Origin: an uncultured delta proteobacterium
Lineage (GTDB): Bacteria; Desulfobacterota; Binatia; Bin18
DNA length: 28,679 bases
Direction: 5' to 3'
Assembly: GCA_963733195.1 (NCBI GenBank)
Contig: CAVTCR010000034.1
Coordinates: 1-28,679, forward strand
Each line of letters begins with the position of its first letter. Positions within the stretch are counted from its first letter, which is position 1. The notes beneath the pieces were generated by a model. The model saw only the letters and a program-made list of their open reading frames with translations, searched no databases and was not told the origin of the DNA. The position numbers and the translations under genes are program-made. Positions 17,012 through 28,679 of this stretch are shown one piece after another.

Positions 17012-18092
17012 CTAGTGGGTCATCCCCTTCGTTGCAATGAAATAACTGTTCTGAAAATCATGCGGCAGTCGCTTCACCTCAACCTGTGTGAAACCTGCCT
17101 CTGCCAACAGTGTCCGTGCCTGTTCCTCACCCCACATCGCGCCGAGTCCTTCACCATTGAGCGCGAGCGACACGGTCATGCAATGCATGCACGAGATGGT
17201 GTAGAGCATTGGCGCCATCGGATGATCGAGATTCTTATGTACGTGACTTGACGCATCGATGTCTTGCATGAGAAAGACACCATCGGAATCGTAAGGCAGT
17301 GGCGATACGCTTCAACACCTCGCGGGGCTTGGCTTGGTCGTGAATGGCATCAAAGGCGGTGATGAGACCATACCGTTCACGATCGTCCATCGTCGCCATA
17401 TCCTTCACCGCGAACTGTACGTTGGTGAGACCCCAGGCCTGCGCTTCAGCTTTCCCGGCAGCAACTCCTTCCTTGGAGAAGTCGTAGCCAGTGAACTGAC
17501 TGCGAGGGAACGCTTTAGCCATAACGTTGAGCGCATGGCCACGGCCACAGCCGACATCTAGCACGTCAATGCCACGTTGGAGGGCTGTGACAACATTGGG
17601 CGCGAGCGGCAGAATCGCATCAAGCAAGGCCGCAGCCACGGTTTGACTACTTTCTTCGGCCATGACCTGTTGGAAGCGTGGATAGGCGGCATACGGCACG
17701 CCACCACCGTGACGGAAGCATTCGACAATACCGTCTTCCACCGCACCCAACAGTGGAATGTACTGCATAAACATCGCCATGTTGTTAGGCGTGGCAGCAC
17801 GAGTGAGCGACGCGGCGTGTTCGGGTGGCAGATGATACGTGTCACTGCTGGCGTCGTAGTCAACGATACGACCGGTGACCATCGCCCCGAGCCACTCGCG
17901 CACGTAGCGTTCCTGCAACCCTGCTGCGCGAGCAATCTGGGTGCTCGTACTGGGTGACAGCGAAGCCATCGTGTCGAACAGCCCAGTGCGATGGCCAATG
18001 CTGGTCATCAGTGCCAGTGCACCGTGGTTGAGAACTGTAAGCATATGGTTGGCGAACGAGTCGACTTTCGTTTGATCCAATGTATGTGTCAT
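17012..18092 (-). CDS. SAM-dependent methyltransferase with N-terminal wHTH (Rv2258c-like), one frameshift near 17285
   Basis: [36 protein letters not shown]; continues as MQDIDASS...GLGAMWGEE. Confidence 0.9.
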
Positions 18093-18110
18093 AGCATCGT
18101 TCCTTTTTAA

Positions 18111-18142
18111 TTATAGAGACGCGCGACAGCGCGTCTCTATAA
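18111..18142. repeat. Perfect 14-bp inverted repeat (REP-like hairpin)
   Basis: TTATAGAGACGCGC-GACA-GCGCGTCTCTATAA between co-directional genes. Confidence 0.7.
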
Positions 18143-18152
18143 GCTGCTCACA

Positions 18153-18764
18153 TTACGGCCTAATCTCAAATCGCAGGTTCACCCCATCGCTGCTATTAAT
18201 TCCGATCATCGTCTGCACAGCTTCGCCGCGCATACTCTTGTACGGGCCGGTGCCGCCAGTGATCGCACGTTTAATTGCCACATCGATATCGACGAGTTCT
18301 ACCCCGTCCGTTGTGAAACTTGCCTCGCCTGGCGTTGCGGCAAAGTCATAGAGTTGATGGGTTACTACCCACGGGCCAGTCTTCGTTGCTGCGCCTTCAC
18401 CCACATGCCAACCCCGGCACGTCCAGCGGCCAATCACTTTGTCTGGATACTTCGGGGTAGCAGAGATGACTTTACCACTGGCATCCCTTTCAGTGTTTAC
18501 ACCATCATCGCCACTCTGGAGCGTCCCCGGCTCATAGATGACCCCTTCAGTGACGAACTCGTTGCCGTAGGCAGGTTTGCCGCTGGCATCCAACGGGGTT
18601 TCGTCAAAGACAAAGCGCGGGGACAGTTCCGAGACCTCAAACCGCAGGATACGGTGTTTCTTGCCCTCGCCGTTGTTGTCGGCGAATGCGACAGCGGTCC
18701 ATATACTACACAGCAAAGCGATTGCCATTGTCAGAATCGTACGTTTCATGGGCGTTTCCTCCAT
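18153..18764 (-). CDS. Secreted protein, possible dirigent/allene-oxide-cyclase-like beta-barrel
   Basis: Signal peptide MKRTILTMAIALLCSIWTAVAFA and C-terminal AITGGTGPY...RGE motif. Confidence 0.65.
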   Translation of the reverse strand: MEETPMKRTILTMAIALLCSIWTAVAFADNNGEGKKHRILRFEVSELSPRFVFDETPLDASGKPAYGNEFVTEGVIYEPGTLQSGDDGVNTERDASGKVISATPKYPDKVIGRWTCRGWHVGEGAATKTGPWVVTHQLYDFAATPGEASFTTDGVELVDIDVAIKRAITGGTGPYKSMRGEAVQTMIGINSSDGVNLRFEIRP

Positions 18765-19261
18765 TTGTTACGTGTTACGTGGTGCGTGTTATGTACTCCG
18801 ATTCGTCGTTCCTCCGGTTCTCTGCATCCAGTCAGCCGGTGTCACATCGTCCGTGCATAAATGGTATCCTCCTTTTCTCGGTGCGCTTTCTTACTAAGAA
18901 AGGCGTGACTTTCGGGGCACACTTCGTGCCCTGACGGGGCACACACGAAAAACAGAAGGGAAAAAGGGGGAATGAGGAAAGGGCGAAATGGGGAAAGGGG
19001 AGGAAGAAAGGCTATTGGCTACAGGCTAAAGGCTTTAGGGAAATGGCAGAGGTAACTTCAAAGAGTATGTAAACGCGAGTCAGGCGGCGTATCCTCTCGG
19101 GTGACCTAACCCACCGGGCATGGCCCAGGCAGCGAAGGAGGACACGTCATTGTGAGGATGGGGTGCAATGGACTACGAGCACGCGGCAAAAGATTGCTGC
19201 TTGACTGTTTAGGAGATGGTGTTTTCCTTGCCGATGGGAGCCCAAAGGAGTAAAGAGCCGT

Positions 19262-22200
19262 ATGCGCTGTGCGAGCTGGGGTTTGCGAACGCGACGGGCT
19301 GAAATTTTCCAACGAGTGTGGCACCTCACTCACCCGGCGCTGTCCACACTGTGGTTTTGAGAATGCCCCGCAGGCAAAATTCTGTGGGGAATGTGGCACG
19401 GCGTTTCCGAGCAAAGCAAAAGCCTGTCCTGCCTGCGCCAGTGCCGCAGGCACAGGTGAGCGTAGTCGAAGGGGCAAAAAGCAAAGGGCAAAAAAAATTG
19501 TCGGTCGGCAGTCGTCGGTTGTCAGTCGCCAATCCCCGGCCCCTAACACCCAGCACCCAGATGCTCCACGCTCCACGCCTTCCGCTTCACGGGCCGCTGG
19601 CGAGCGGCGCCAGATGACCGTGATGTTCTGTGATCTGGTGGGCTCGACCGCCCTCTCGGAACAGCTTGATCCTGAAGAATTACGTGAGGTGGTCCGTGCC
19701 TATCAGCAAGTGAGTGCGGAAGTGATTGACCGCTATGAAGGGCATATCGCGCAATATTTGGGTGATGGACTGCTGGTCTACTTTGGCTATCCAGTCGCAC
19801 ATGAGGACGATGCCGTACGAGCAGTGCGGACGGGGCTAGGGATTCTCGCTGCGTTGCAAAAACTGAACCCGCAGTTACCACGTCCCCTCCAAGTGCGCAT
19901 TGGCATTCACACCGGACTGGTAGTGGTAGGAGAGATCGGGAGGAGGAGCCAAGCGTGAGATTCTGGCCATGGGCGAAACGCCCAACATTGCTGCCCGGGT
20001 GCAGGGACTCGCCGCGCCCGATGCGGTAGTGATCAGCACGGCGACCTCTCGACTGATCGAAGGATTTTTCACCTGTCGGGTACTAGGGTTGCAACCTCTT
20101 AAGGGAATCTCCAGAGCCGGTCGAGGTATACCAGGTGTTAGGTGAGAGTGGTATCCAGAGTCGTTTTGAGGTCGCCATCACGACCGGTTTAACGCCGCTG
20201 GTAGGTCGGGAGGAGGAAGCGGGGCTGCTACGCGAGCGCTGGGAGCGGGTCAAAGGGGGAGCTGGACAAGTAGTTTTGCTCAGCGGGGAGCCGGGCATTG
20301 GTAAATCGCGTCTGCTGCAGACCCTGAAAGAGCGGGCGGCAAGCGAGGCGGCAATACGGCTGGAGTGTCGCTGTTCGCCCTATTATCAGAACAGTGCGCT
20401 GTATCCGATTATTGATCTGCTGCAGCGAGTGTTCGAGTTTCAGCGTGATGATACCCCCGAAGAGAAGTTAAGGAAGGTAGAGGAGGCGCTGCAATTGTCC
20501 GGCTTGGCCCTGCCAGAAGTGGTGCCACTGTGGGCTCCTCTCCTATCGCTGCCGCTGCCAGAGCGTTATCCTCTTTTGACGCTCACGACCGCAGAAGCAA
20601 AAAGAGAAGACCCAACAGACGCCTCGTTACCTGGTTGCTGAAAAGAGGCCGAACGCGCGCCGTTGCTCTTAGCCTGGGAAGACCTCCATTGGGCTGATCC
20701 TTCGAGCCTTGAATTGCTTAGCCTGCTTGATTGACCAGCTCTCCACTGCCCGCCTCTACCTGCTGTTGACTTTTCGGCCCGAATTTCACCTCGCCTTGGG
20801 CCAGTCGCTTGTCCCTCACCTCGCTCACGCTCAGCCGCCTCTCACGTGCTCAGGCGGAGGAGATGATCACACAGGTCACAGGCGGCAAGGCACTGCCGAC
20901 AGAGATGACCCACCAGATTGTGACCAAGACTGACGGCGTGCCGTTATTTGTGGAAGAGTTGACCAAGACAGTGCTGGAGTCAGGCCTACTCAGAGCAGTC
21001 AACAATCATTATGAGTTAACCGGGCCCTTACCCCCGTTGGCGATTCCCAGCACCTTACAAGACTCCCTCATGGCACGCCTCGATCGCTTGGCGCCCGTGC
21101 GAGAAGTAGCCCAGGTGGGAGCGACGCTGGGGCGAGAGTTTAGTTATGAACTCACTCCAGCGCAATCTCTCCGCTCACTGAGGAGAGCTTGCAGCAGGGG
21201 CTAGGGCAGTTAGTAGAGGCTGAGCTGCTCTATCAACGTGAGTTGCCGCCCCAGGCGACCTACCTCTTTAAGCATGCCCTGATTCAGGATGCCGCCTATC
21301 AGTCACTGCTCAAGAGCAAACGTCAACAGCTCCATCAACAGATTGCTCAGGTGTTGGAAGCGCAGTTTACCGAGACGGTAGAGACCCAGCCAGAACTGCT
21401 GGCCCATCACTACACCGAGGCAGGGCTCAGTCGAGCAGGCCATTCCGTACTGGCAGCAGGCCGGGCAGCGAGCCAGTGCAACGCTCGGCCAATCTGGAAG
21501 CGATCAGCCATCTCACCAAAGGACTCGAATTACTCACGGCTCTGCCGGATGCACCGGAGCGCACCCAACAAGAACTCACGTTGCAAACTGCCCTCGGCAT
21601 GCCGCTGGTACTCACCAAAGGCCATGCGGCTCCGGAGGTAGAAGCGACCTACACCCGGGCGCGCGATCTGTGCCGACAGGTAGGAGAAACCCCCCAGCTC
21701 TTCTCGTGCTGCTGGGACTGCGGCGGTTTTATTATATGCGAGGGGAGCTACAGATTGCCCGCGAGCTGGCCGAACAGCTCCTCACCCTAGCGCAGAACCT
21801 ACAAGATTCGGGACTCCTTGCCCGGGCTCACATGATGCAGGGAGAAGTCTTGTACTAATCTGGGAGAGTTTGTTCAAGCCCGAGAACACTTGGAGCAGGG
21901 AGTTGCTCTGTATGATCCCTAACAGCACCACTCCGATGCCTTTCTCTATGGGAATGACACGGGAGTAGCTTGCCTAGTTTACGCAGCCTCGGCGCTGAGC
22001 TCTCTTGGCTATCGGGACCAGGCCCTGAAAAAGAGCCAAGAGGCGCTCACCCGAGCCCAAGAGTTGTCTCACCCTTTTAGCTTGGCTATGGCCCTGACTA
22101 ATGCTGCCACACATCCACTACTCTCGCCAGGAGGGGCAAGCGGCTCAAAAGCGGGCAGAGGGATTGATTGCGCTCTCTACTGAGCAAGGGTTTGCGTACT

Positions 22201-22748
22201 TTTTGGCGATGGGCATTCTCTGGCAGGGCTGTAGCGCTAGTCGGGCAGGGCCAGGGAGAGGAGTGGATTGCGCAGATCCACCGGGGTCTGCTCGCTTACC
22301 AGGCTATAGGGGCTGAGTTGTATCGGCCGGGTTTCCTTGCTCTGCTGGCTGAGGCGTATGGGAAAGTGGGACAGACCGAAGAGGGGCTGCACGCTGCTGG
22401 CCGAAGCGTAGGAGTTGGTAGACAAAACTGGGGCGCGTGGCTACGAGGCAGAGCTGTATCGGCTGAAAGGGCGAGCTGACGCTTCAGCAAGAGTCTAAGG
22501 TCTAAATGTCCAAAGTCGAAGAAGAAGCAGAGGAATGTTTTCAGAGGGCAATTGAAGATCGCGCGCAAGCAACAGAGCGAAGTCGCTGGAACTGCGCGCA
22601 GCGACAAGCCTGGCCCGACTGTGGCAGCAACAGGGCAAGCAGAAAGAAGCTCACGCAGCTGTTATCGGAGATCTACGGCTGGTTCACCGAGGGGTTTGAC
22701 ACCAAAGACCTGCAAGAGGCAAAGACAATGTTGGAGGAGTTAACCTAA
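19262..22748 (+). pseudogene. Double zinc ribbon + class III adenylate/guanylate cyclase + AAA ATPase + TPR protein, many frameshifts (probably sequencing indels)
   Basis: [71 protein letters not shown] and the [13 protein letters not shown] terminus. Confidence 0.9.
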
Positions 22749-22919
22749 AGAGACAATCGTCATCCAAGGGTATATCGCTGCCTGTTTGCTTTTTCACACT
22801 TCATGTAAAGACCTCCAATGGTATTGAGTGAGGGCATAGCTGTCATTGTGAGTTGTTGATAGCACAAGGCGCTAAGCGCGCTTTGTTATTCCCTGCGCAC
22901 GCTCGTCAGCTCTGCCAAG

Positions 22920-25900
22920 TCACAGGTTGATGAGGGACGGGGTATACACACAAAATGTTCCAGTGCGAATAGTCTGCGTGAGATGCTCGCCCAGCGTTGG
23001 ATGCTGCTCGCTGATCTTTCGTAGTGCGATCTTGATACGTTTGGTGACATTGACCCGTGCTCGTTCCGCGACTGACGCTGCCTTGCGCGCGCGACCGCCA
23101 AACCCCACGGCTTGCGCGAGTTCTTGCGTGAGAAATTCGATCTCGTCTTGTAGCTTTTCGATCTGTCCAGGATCATTGAAGGCCTGCGCTTCGGCGAGTT
23201 CTTCCTGCAGGTCGCGGAGCCGTTGACGATACGCCGCTCTGGCTTGCGAATCGAGTACCTCACCGGCATCGGAAAACTCCGTACTGGACATAACGGTTTG
23301 TTTCTCCCGACTGAGAATGCGGTAACGGAACTGGTTCTTCCGCCGCGAGTGTGAGCACGTGTATCTCTTCGTGGGGAGGGCAGCAACTGTGCCAGATAGC
23401 GCATGCCTAACGTGTCACGAATGCGGCAGGTTTTCCCGGCAAAGGTGACGGTCCAGTATTCGCCTTCATTGCGGAAAAGGCATTGGGGGTCAGGGGTCAG
23501 GAGTCGGAGATCAGAGGGAGAGCGTATTAGGGGCTGGGTGCTAGGTGCTGGAGGTTGGGGGGGTAAGAAAAGAAGACCGGGGGGCAGCGCGTCTGTTATT
23601 TTTGACTTTTGACTTTTCTCCTCTCTTCTTCACGTTTCCGCCTAAAGTAACAAGCAGTGCTTCTGCCTCTTGTAAGTCTTTCGTGTCAAACCCTTCGGTG
23701 AACCACCCATAAACATCTTCAAGCAACTTCCGCGCTTCGGTAACTCTTGCCTTGCTGTTGCCATAAACGTGCGAGGCTCGTGGCTGCGCGTAGTTCGAGC
23801 GATTTGGCGTGTTGCTTGCGCGATACCTCTAGCGCCTGCAGAAAGCAGGCTTCGGCCTGCTCGGAATGATGAACGCTAAACGATGAATGATGAATGGGGA
23901 CGGAGTCTTGTTCCTCTTCTTTTGTCCTCCGTTCATCATTTTGCCTTCTGCGTTCTGCATTTAAGAGCAGTTCGCCTTTGAGCCGATATAACTCTGCTTC
24001 GTAGAATCGTTCCCCGGTCTGCTCCACCATTACCAGCGCTTCGGCCACGGCACTGTTCCCTTCGTCTATTCGTCCTCCTCTCTCATATGCTTCGGCAAGA
24101 AGCGCCAGATTCCACGTCCGAAATTCTACTGCCGGGTATACTTCTAAAGCTTGCTGTATTTGCGCGCTGCCTTCTTCTCCTTGCCCAAGCTGAGCAAGTG
24201 CCCAACCATGCAATATGGTTCCCCATGTCTCCCAAAACGGAAATCCTTCGGTCACTGCGAGCGTAATCCCTTCTCTCGCCCACTTTCGCACGGCGAGGTT
24301 GTCTCCCCGCATTTGGCAAACTTGGGTAACAATCGTCAGCGCCATGGCTAAACTAAACGGGTGAGAAGCCTCTTGAGCTAAGGAGAGTGCCTCTAAGCTC
24401 TCTTGAAGGGCTTGGTCTGGATAGCCCAGATTCCATAGCGCCCACGCGGTAAGCGCATGGCAGAACACCCCAGGCTCCTCTGCATAGAGAAGGGTGTGAT
24501 CGCGGTGCTGCCGTGAGTCATAAAGCGACTTCCCACGGACGCCGTGCTCACGAGTCGAGGCAAACTCCCCCAATACGAAAGAGGTCTCGGCCAGTGCGCG
24601 GTGCGCCTGTAGAAGCAGCGCCGAATCATTGTGCTGCCGCGCCAAAGCAAATATCTGCTCGGCAAGCTTCCGGGTCGGTCCGTACTCGGCTCGCGTGATG
24701 TAGTAGCTCCAGAGGCCAAACAACGCCGGAAAAAGCACAGACGGGTCTTCTAACGGCTGACAAAGTTCTCGTGCACGGGAATAGGTTTGTTCGACCTCTG
24801 AAGCTGCATATCCCTTAGTCGCGATCAATGCTGGACCCAGGGCCATCTGGAGCGACAATTTTGTTGAAAAGACTCAGGGGAATTAGCAAGGGCTTCAGAA
24901 AACCGAGTCCTTTGGTGAGGTGACCAATCGCCTCCTGATTGGCGTATCGTTGAAGGGCGTTCTCTCCTGCTCGTTGCAAATGGTGAACAGCACGTTTTAT
25001 GTCTCGTCCGGCTTCGAAGTGCGTCGCTAACTCAGCCGCAATCTCGCCTGCCCGCGTGGCCATACGCTGCTTCCTTACGCTCGCCAATCCGCCGATGCAG
25101 ACGGACACGCCGTGTCTCCGCGAGCCGCCCGTACAAGACATCACGATACAGCGCATGCAGAAAGCCATAGCGTTCACCAAGGGTTCCATCCGGCCACTCC
25201 TCGGCTCCAAGCCCACGTAGGAATTGTCCTTTGCGGACGAGGTCGTCGCACAGTGCTTCAACGGATTCCACCTCGATCTGTAATCCTGTCGCTACTTCAG
25301 CTGCCGAAAACTCCATACCTGTCTACACTGGCTGACTTCCAACATGTGCTGCGCATCTTCTGGTAAGCGTTCGAGTTGTCTATCAATCAGATGCTGTAGA
25401 TTTTGCGGTACCCTCGGCGGCTACTGTCACCTCTGCCGTTCTTCACTACCACTGGCCTCTCTTGCTGCAACATCTGCTGGGCGTGTGAGGTACTCCACTA
25501 ACATTCACCATGAATAGTGGATTACCTCCCGTGCGTCGGTGAATGAGTCCGGCAGTACCGAAGCCGACACGGAACTCCCAAACCTGCCAGTGAGATATTC
25601 ACTCACTGACTGTTCGGAAAGCGGAGCGACTCGTAACTCCTCGCAGCGATTCCGGGCGGTGAGATCTTGTACAACCCCTCGCAATGGATGCCCACTGATT
25701 AGTACATCTTGAGGGCGATACGTACCGATGATGAGGAGTTTGGCCGCTTCCTGCCGCTGGGCAATATAGGAGAGCCATTGGAGTGTCGAAACGTCACTCC
25801 AGTGCAGGTCTTCTAAAACAAATACATATCCCCGCTCTTGGGTGAAGCGAGCCACGACTTCTGCGGCTTCACGCAACATCCGTTCTCGCGTCGCACCTTG

Positions 25901-26299
25901 CACTCGACGCTGGAGTAGCTCCCCCTCAGCGTCCGTAACAGCACCAGGCAACTGCACGAGCCATGTAGGGGCGTACTGACGAAGCAATGCAATAGCCTGC
26001 TCCCCCTCCGGTCCCTGGCAAAGGCGGGTCCCAACCTCCAAGAGGGGAAGATAAGCTTCGCCGGCTCCGTACTGCTCAATGCATTGCCCGTGGCCGATGC
26101 GCAAATCGGTGCGAGTACGCAGACTCTCCAGAAAGCTCTCTACGATAGTGGTCTTGCCGATTCCCGGTTCTCCGGAGACAAACACTATCTGTCGCTCGCC
26201 CCGAGAGCGATCTGTAAGACACTGCTCCAAATAGCCGATTTCGGCGGCCCGACCAACCACAAAATGCGCCTGGCTGCTGGGGTTGCTCCCATGCTGCAT
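22920..26299 (-). pseudogene. AAA ATPase + TPR regulator with a conserved C-terminal helical domain, frameshifted
   Basis: [49 protein letters not shown], then GEYWTVTF...AERARVNVTKRIK...IRTGTFCVY. Confidence 0.88.
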
Positions 26300-26375
26300 G
26301 CGTGTATCTCTCCGTACCTGCGAGATGATCTTCCAATGAGCGTATGAAAAATATTTATTAGTGTGGCACGCGATC

Positions 26376-26773
26376 CTACGGTTGGATCTGCTTCTTCTTC
26401 GCTATCCCTTGCAAGTGCACGTGCCGCGCTTCGGCTTTGCGTTGCTGCTCTTTCCGGCGGCACGCACGACAGCTCACGGCAAATGAATCAATATGACCTT
26501 TCGCGACTTCGTACCACCATTTCTGCTGCGTTGCTGTCCAGACTTCTTGCTTACCACAATCTCGACAGACAAAGAGTCTATCAACATAAGAAGTGGCAAC
26601 GGTCCGTAGGTGTTGTTATGTGCGAGCGCCTCAACATTCGCCAGTATCGAGTTTATTGGTCGTCTCGTCAGAGGAGTGGCAATCTTCGCTTTGACTGCGT
26701 TATCAGCTTTCTTCTTAGCGTACTTTTCTCGCTTTGCTGTGATTTCTTGACGCTTTTGCTTCGCGCTTTTCAT
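26376..26773 (-). CDS. Zinc-ribbon domain protein (zf-trcl-like), frameshifted
   Basis: After NNTYGPLP the alternative frames read FVCRDCGKQEVWT..QQKWWYEVAKGHIDS.AV.C..CRRKE. Confidence 0.7.
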
Positions 26774-27659
26774 TTATTTCTTTGCCAGGAACTGTACGAT
26801 ACGTTCGTTAATCGCTGTTGGTTTCTCAACCAAAAAGAAATGTCCTGCGCCCTCAAGGCGTTCGAGTTCAGAACCCGGCCCGAGGAAGAGAGCGCCTGCT
26901 TCATCAACTCAGCATCAAGAGCAATGCAGCCGTCGGTGGTGCCGTGAATGTACAAGACTGGCTGCGGGACTGGGCGTCCCCATACCGCACCTTGTTCCTC
27001 CATTGCTTCGGGTAAGCCATAGCGGGTCGGATTAAACAGCGCACGATAATAGCCCATCGCAGCTCTGAGGTTTGCCGGGTTACGCAGGCACTCCTTCAGC
27101 TTGCCAAGGTCGTACGTTGCATCATAACCAGGTGACCAATCTCCCCATAATCCGTCGATGAACGCCAATCATTTGCCGCAACGATACTGTCAGAGATCGC
27201 CATTTGGAAAAACCAAAAATAGAAGGAGCGTTTGATTTGCGCATAACTAAAGGCAACCTGACCAAAGACCGCGAGTGGCGGGACATTTCCAATGACCGCC
27301 CGGCGCCAGCGATTCGGTTCTGCGGCGAGAGCTCCATACGAGGCGACAGCACTCCAGTCGTGGGCAATCAGCACTGCATCATTCCCACCACCTAATGCGG
27401 CATGTAACGCATTGACGTCGGCGACTAAGGCCTTGGTTTCATAGCGTGGATCGGCTGGGATTTCGGTCGGAGCATACCCCCGAATGAAGGGAGCGACCGC
27501 ACGGTAGCCAGCTTCAGCCAGCTTGGGTAACAAATAACGATACGTCCAGGCTGAGTCAGGAAATCCGTGCATACACAGAGCTAATGGACCTTCGCCTTGT
27601 TCTAAGAAATGAAAGCGCAGGCCATTGGCTTGTACAGTGCCAGTCTTGAAGGTTTGCAT
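26770..27659 (-). CDS. Epoxide-hydrolase-like alpha/beta hydrolase, frameshifted near 27165 and in the 3' part
   Basis: MHGFPD, RGYAPT, AHDW nucleophile, YYRA and HGTTDGC. Confidence 0.88.
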
Positions 27660-27702
27660 CAGTCACTCCTTACGTGGGCACGAATGTCAATCATATGCAC
27701 GT

Positions 27703-27742
27703 TCCACACGAGGGTAAACTCAGTGGCTTACCCTCGTGTGGA
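27703..27742. repeat. 15-bp perfect inverted repeat, intergenic hairpin
   Basis: TCCACACGAGGGTAA-N10-TTACCCTCGTGTGGA; no clear U-tract on the coding strand. Confidence 0.6.
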
Positions 27743-27795
27743 GTAACTTCTTGTGTGGTGAACAGTATATGAAGAAAACGGAACTATGGGTCGTA

Positions 27796-28221
27796 TTAAT
27801 CGGGGAGCGCTTCGCCCGAGCCGCCCATCTCCTTTGGGACATCCTTCCACTTCGGTACGCCATCTTTGATGTGGAGGACTGTCTCGCCGTAGAACACGTG
27901 CAATGCCGGCTTGAAGGGAAGATCGGGAAGAACGGACGCATACACATCAATGAGGCCCATCGGTGGATGGTCAGTAAAAATGTGACCACCGCAGGTTTTA
28001 CACCACTTACGATAGCTTTGTGGGGTCTTGTTATAGGTGCCGATATTGTCTGCACCCTTTGTGACCTTTACTGCATCAGGCTTCCACAGGCTAAAGCCGT
28101 TAACCGGCCCCGCCGACCAGTGGCGGCAGGAACTGCAATGACAATACCCCATGGCGGCTGGATCTCCAGTGACCGTGAACTCTACTGCGCCACAAAAGCA
28201 ACTTCCTTTGTAGGTACCCAT
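27796..28221 (-). CDS. GFA-family (glutathione-dependent formaldehyde-activating / CENP-V-like) protein
   Basis: GSCFCGAV, YCHCSSCR and WCKTCG zinc motifs; AGGAGG RBS. Confidence 0.93.
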   Translation of the reverse strand: MGTYKGSCFCGAVEFTVTGDPAAMGYCHCSSCRHWSAGPVNGFSLWKPDAVKVTKGADNIGTYNKTPQSYRKWCKTCGGHIFTDHPPMGLIDVYASVLPDLPFKPALHVFYGETVLHIKDGVPKWKDVPKEMGGSGEALPD

Positions 28222-28352
28222 AGATAACCCTCCTGTTATATAGTCCTGAATTTGCGGTCAGACTACGTAGGGTATATGGCCCATTGCAATGAGAGTTTCA
28301 ATGAGGTTGCGAGGAAAAAACGGAAGGGCTACGATGTCCCAATAGGAAAATT

Positions 28353-28679
28353 ATGAACTTTGTACCAACTATTGTTGAACAGACCGGTCGTGGTGAGCGC
28401 GCCTACGATCTTTTCTCACGTTTGCTGAAAGATCGCATTATTTTTCTCGGCTCTGAGGTCAGTGATACGACAGCGAGCCTTATCACTGCGCAACTGCTCT
28501 TTCTTGAGGCCGACGATTCAGAGAAGGATATTTTTCTCTATATCAATTCCCCGGGAGGATCGGTCACTGCGGGTTTGGCGATTTACGATACGATGCAGTA
28601 CATCCGCTCTCCGGTTTCGACGTTGTGTGTCGGCCGAGCGGCAAGCATGGGTGCGTCGTTGCTGACCGCAGGCGCGAAG
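28353..28679 (+). CDS. clpP: ATP-dependent Clp protease proteolytic subunit (5' part, runs off the window)
   Basis: My translation: [33 protein letters not shown]...[20 protein letters not shown]...GRAASMG. Confidence 0.97.
   Translation, partial: MNFVPTIVEQTGRGERAYDLFSRLLKDRIIFLGSEVSDTTASLITAQLLFLEADDSEKDIFLYINSPGGSVTAGLAIYDTMQYIRSPVSTLCVGRAASMGASLLTAGAK

Noticed and set aside
28462-28665. 67-aa ORF in the track
   Set aside because: It is an alternative frame within clpP.
1-28679. tRNA, rRNA or integron integrase genes
   Set aside because: No cloverleaf, rRNA-like sequence or tyrosine-recombinase motifs were recognised by eye.

Overview
Bacterial chromosomal DNA in two parts. Left (1 to ~9.8 kb) is an integron-type gene-cassette array on the minus strand. 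It has eight attC sites or remnants and no integron integrase in the window. The cassettes include three toxin-antitoxin modules, a TIR-domain gene, an AlbA_2-like fragment, a methyltransferase and hypothetical genes. Four attC sites belong to one ~100-bp sequence family. Two of them are interrupted at the same nucleotide, next to the R'' box, by diverged ~1.63-kb IS110/IS1111-family elements. Each element has a ~500-bp structured 3' non-coding region (candidate bridge/seek RNA) and a predicted circle-junction promoter; this attC-targeting element is the most interesting system here. Right (~10 to 28.7 kb) holds housekeeping and accessory genes: an amidohydrolase, fused trpE(G) with an unannotated Trp-Trp-Trp leader peptide and attenuator, a GNAT, a GPH-type MFS transporter, hydrolases, a methyltransferase, two convergent STAND-like AAA/TPR genes containing heptamer-repeat inserts, a GFA protein and the 5' part of clpP. 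Many ORFs are broken by single-base indels clustered in blocks, which looks like long-read sequencing error, so pseudogene calls are provisional.
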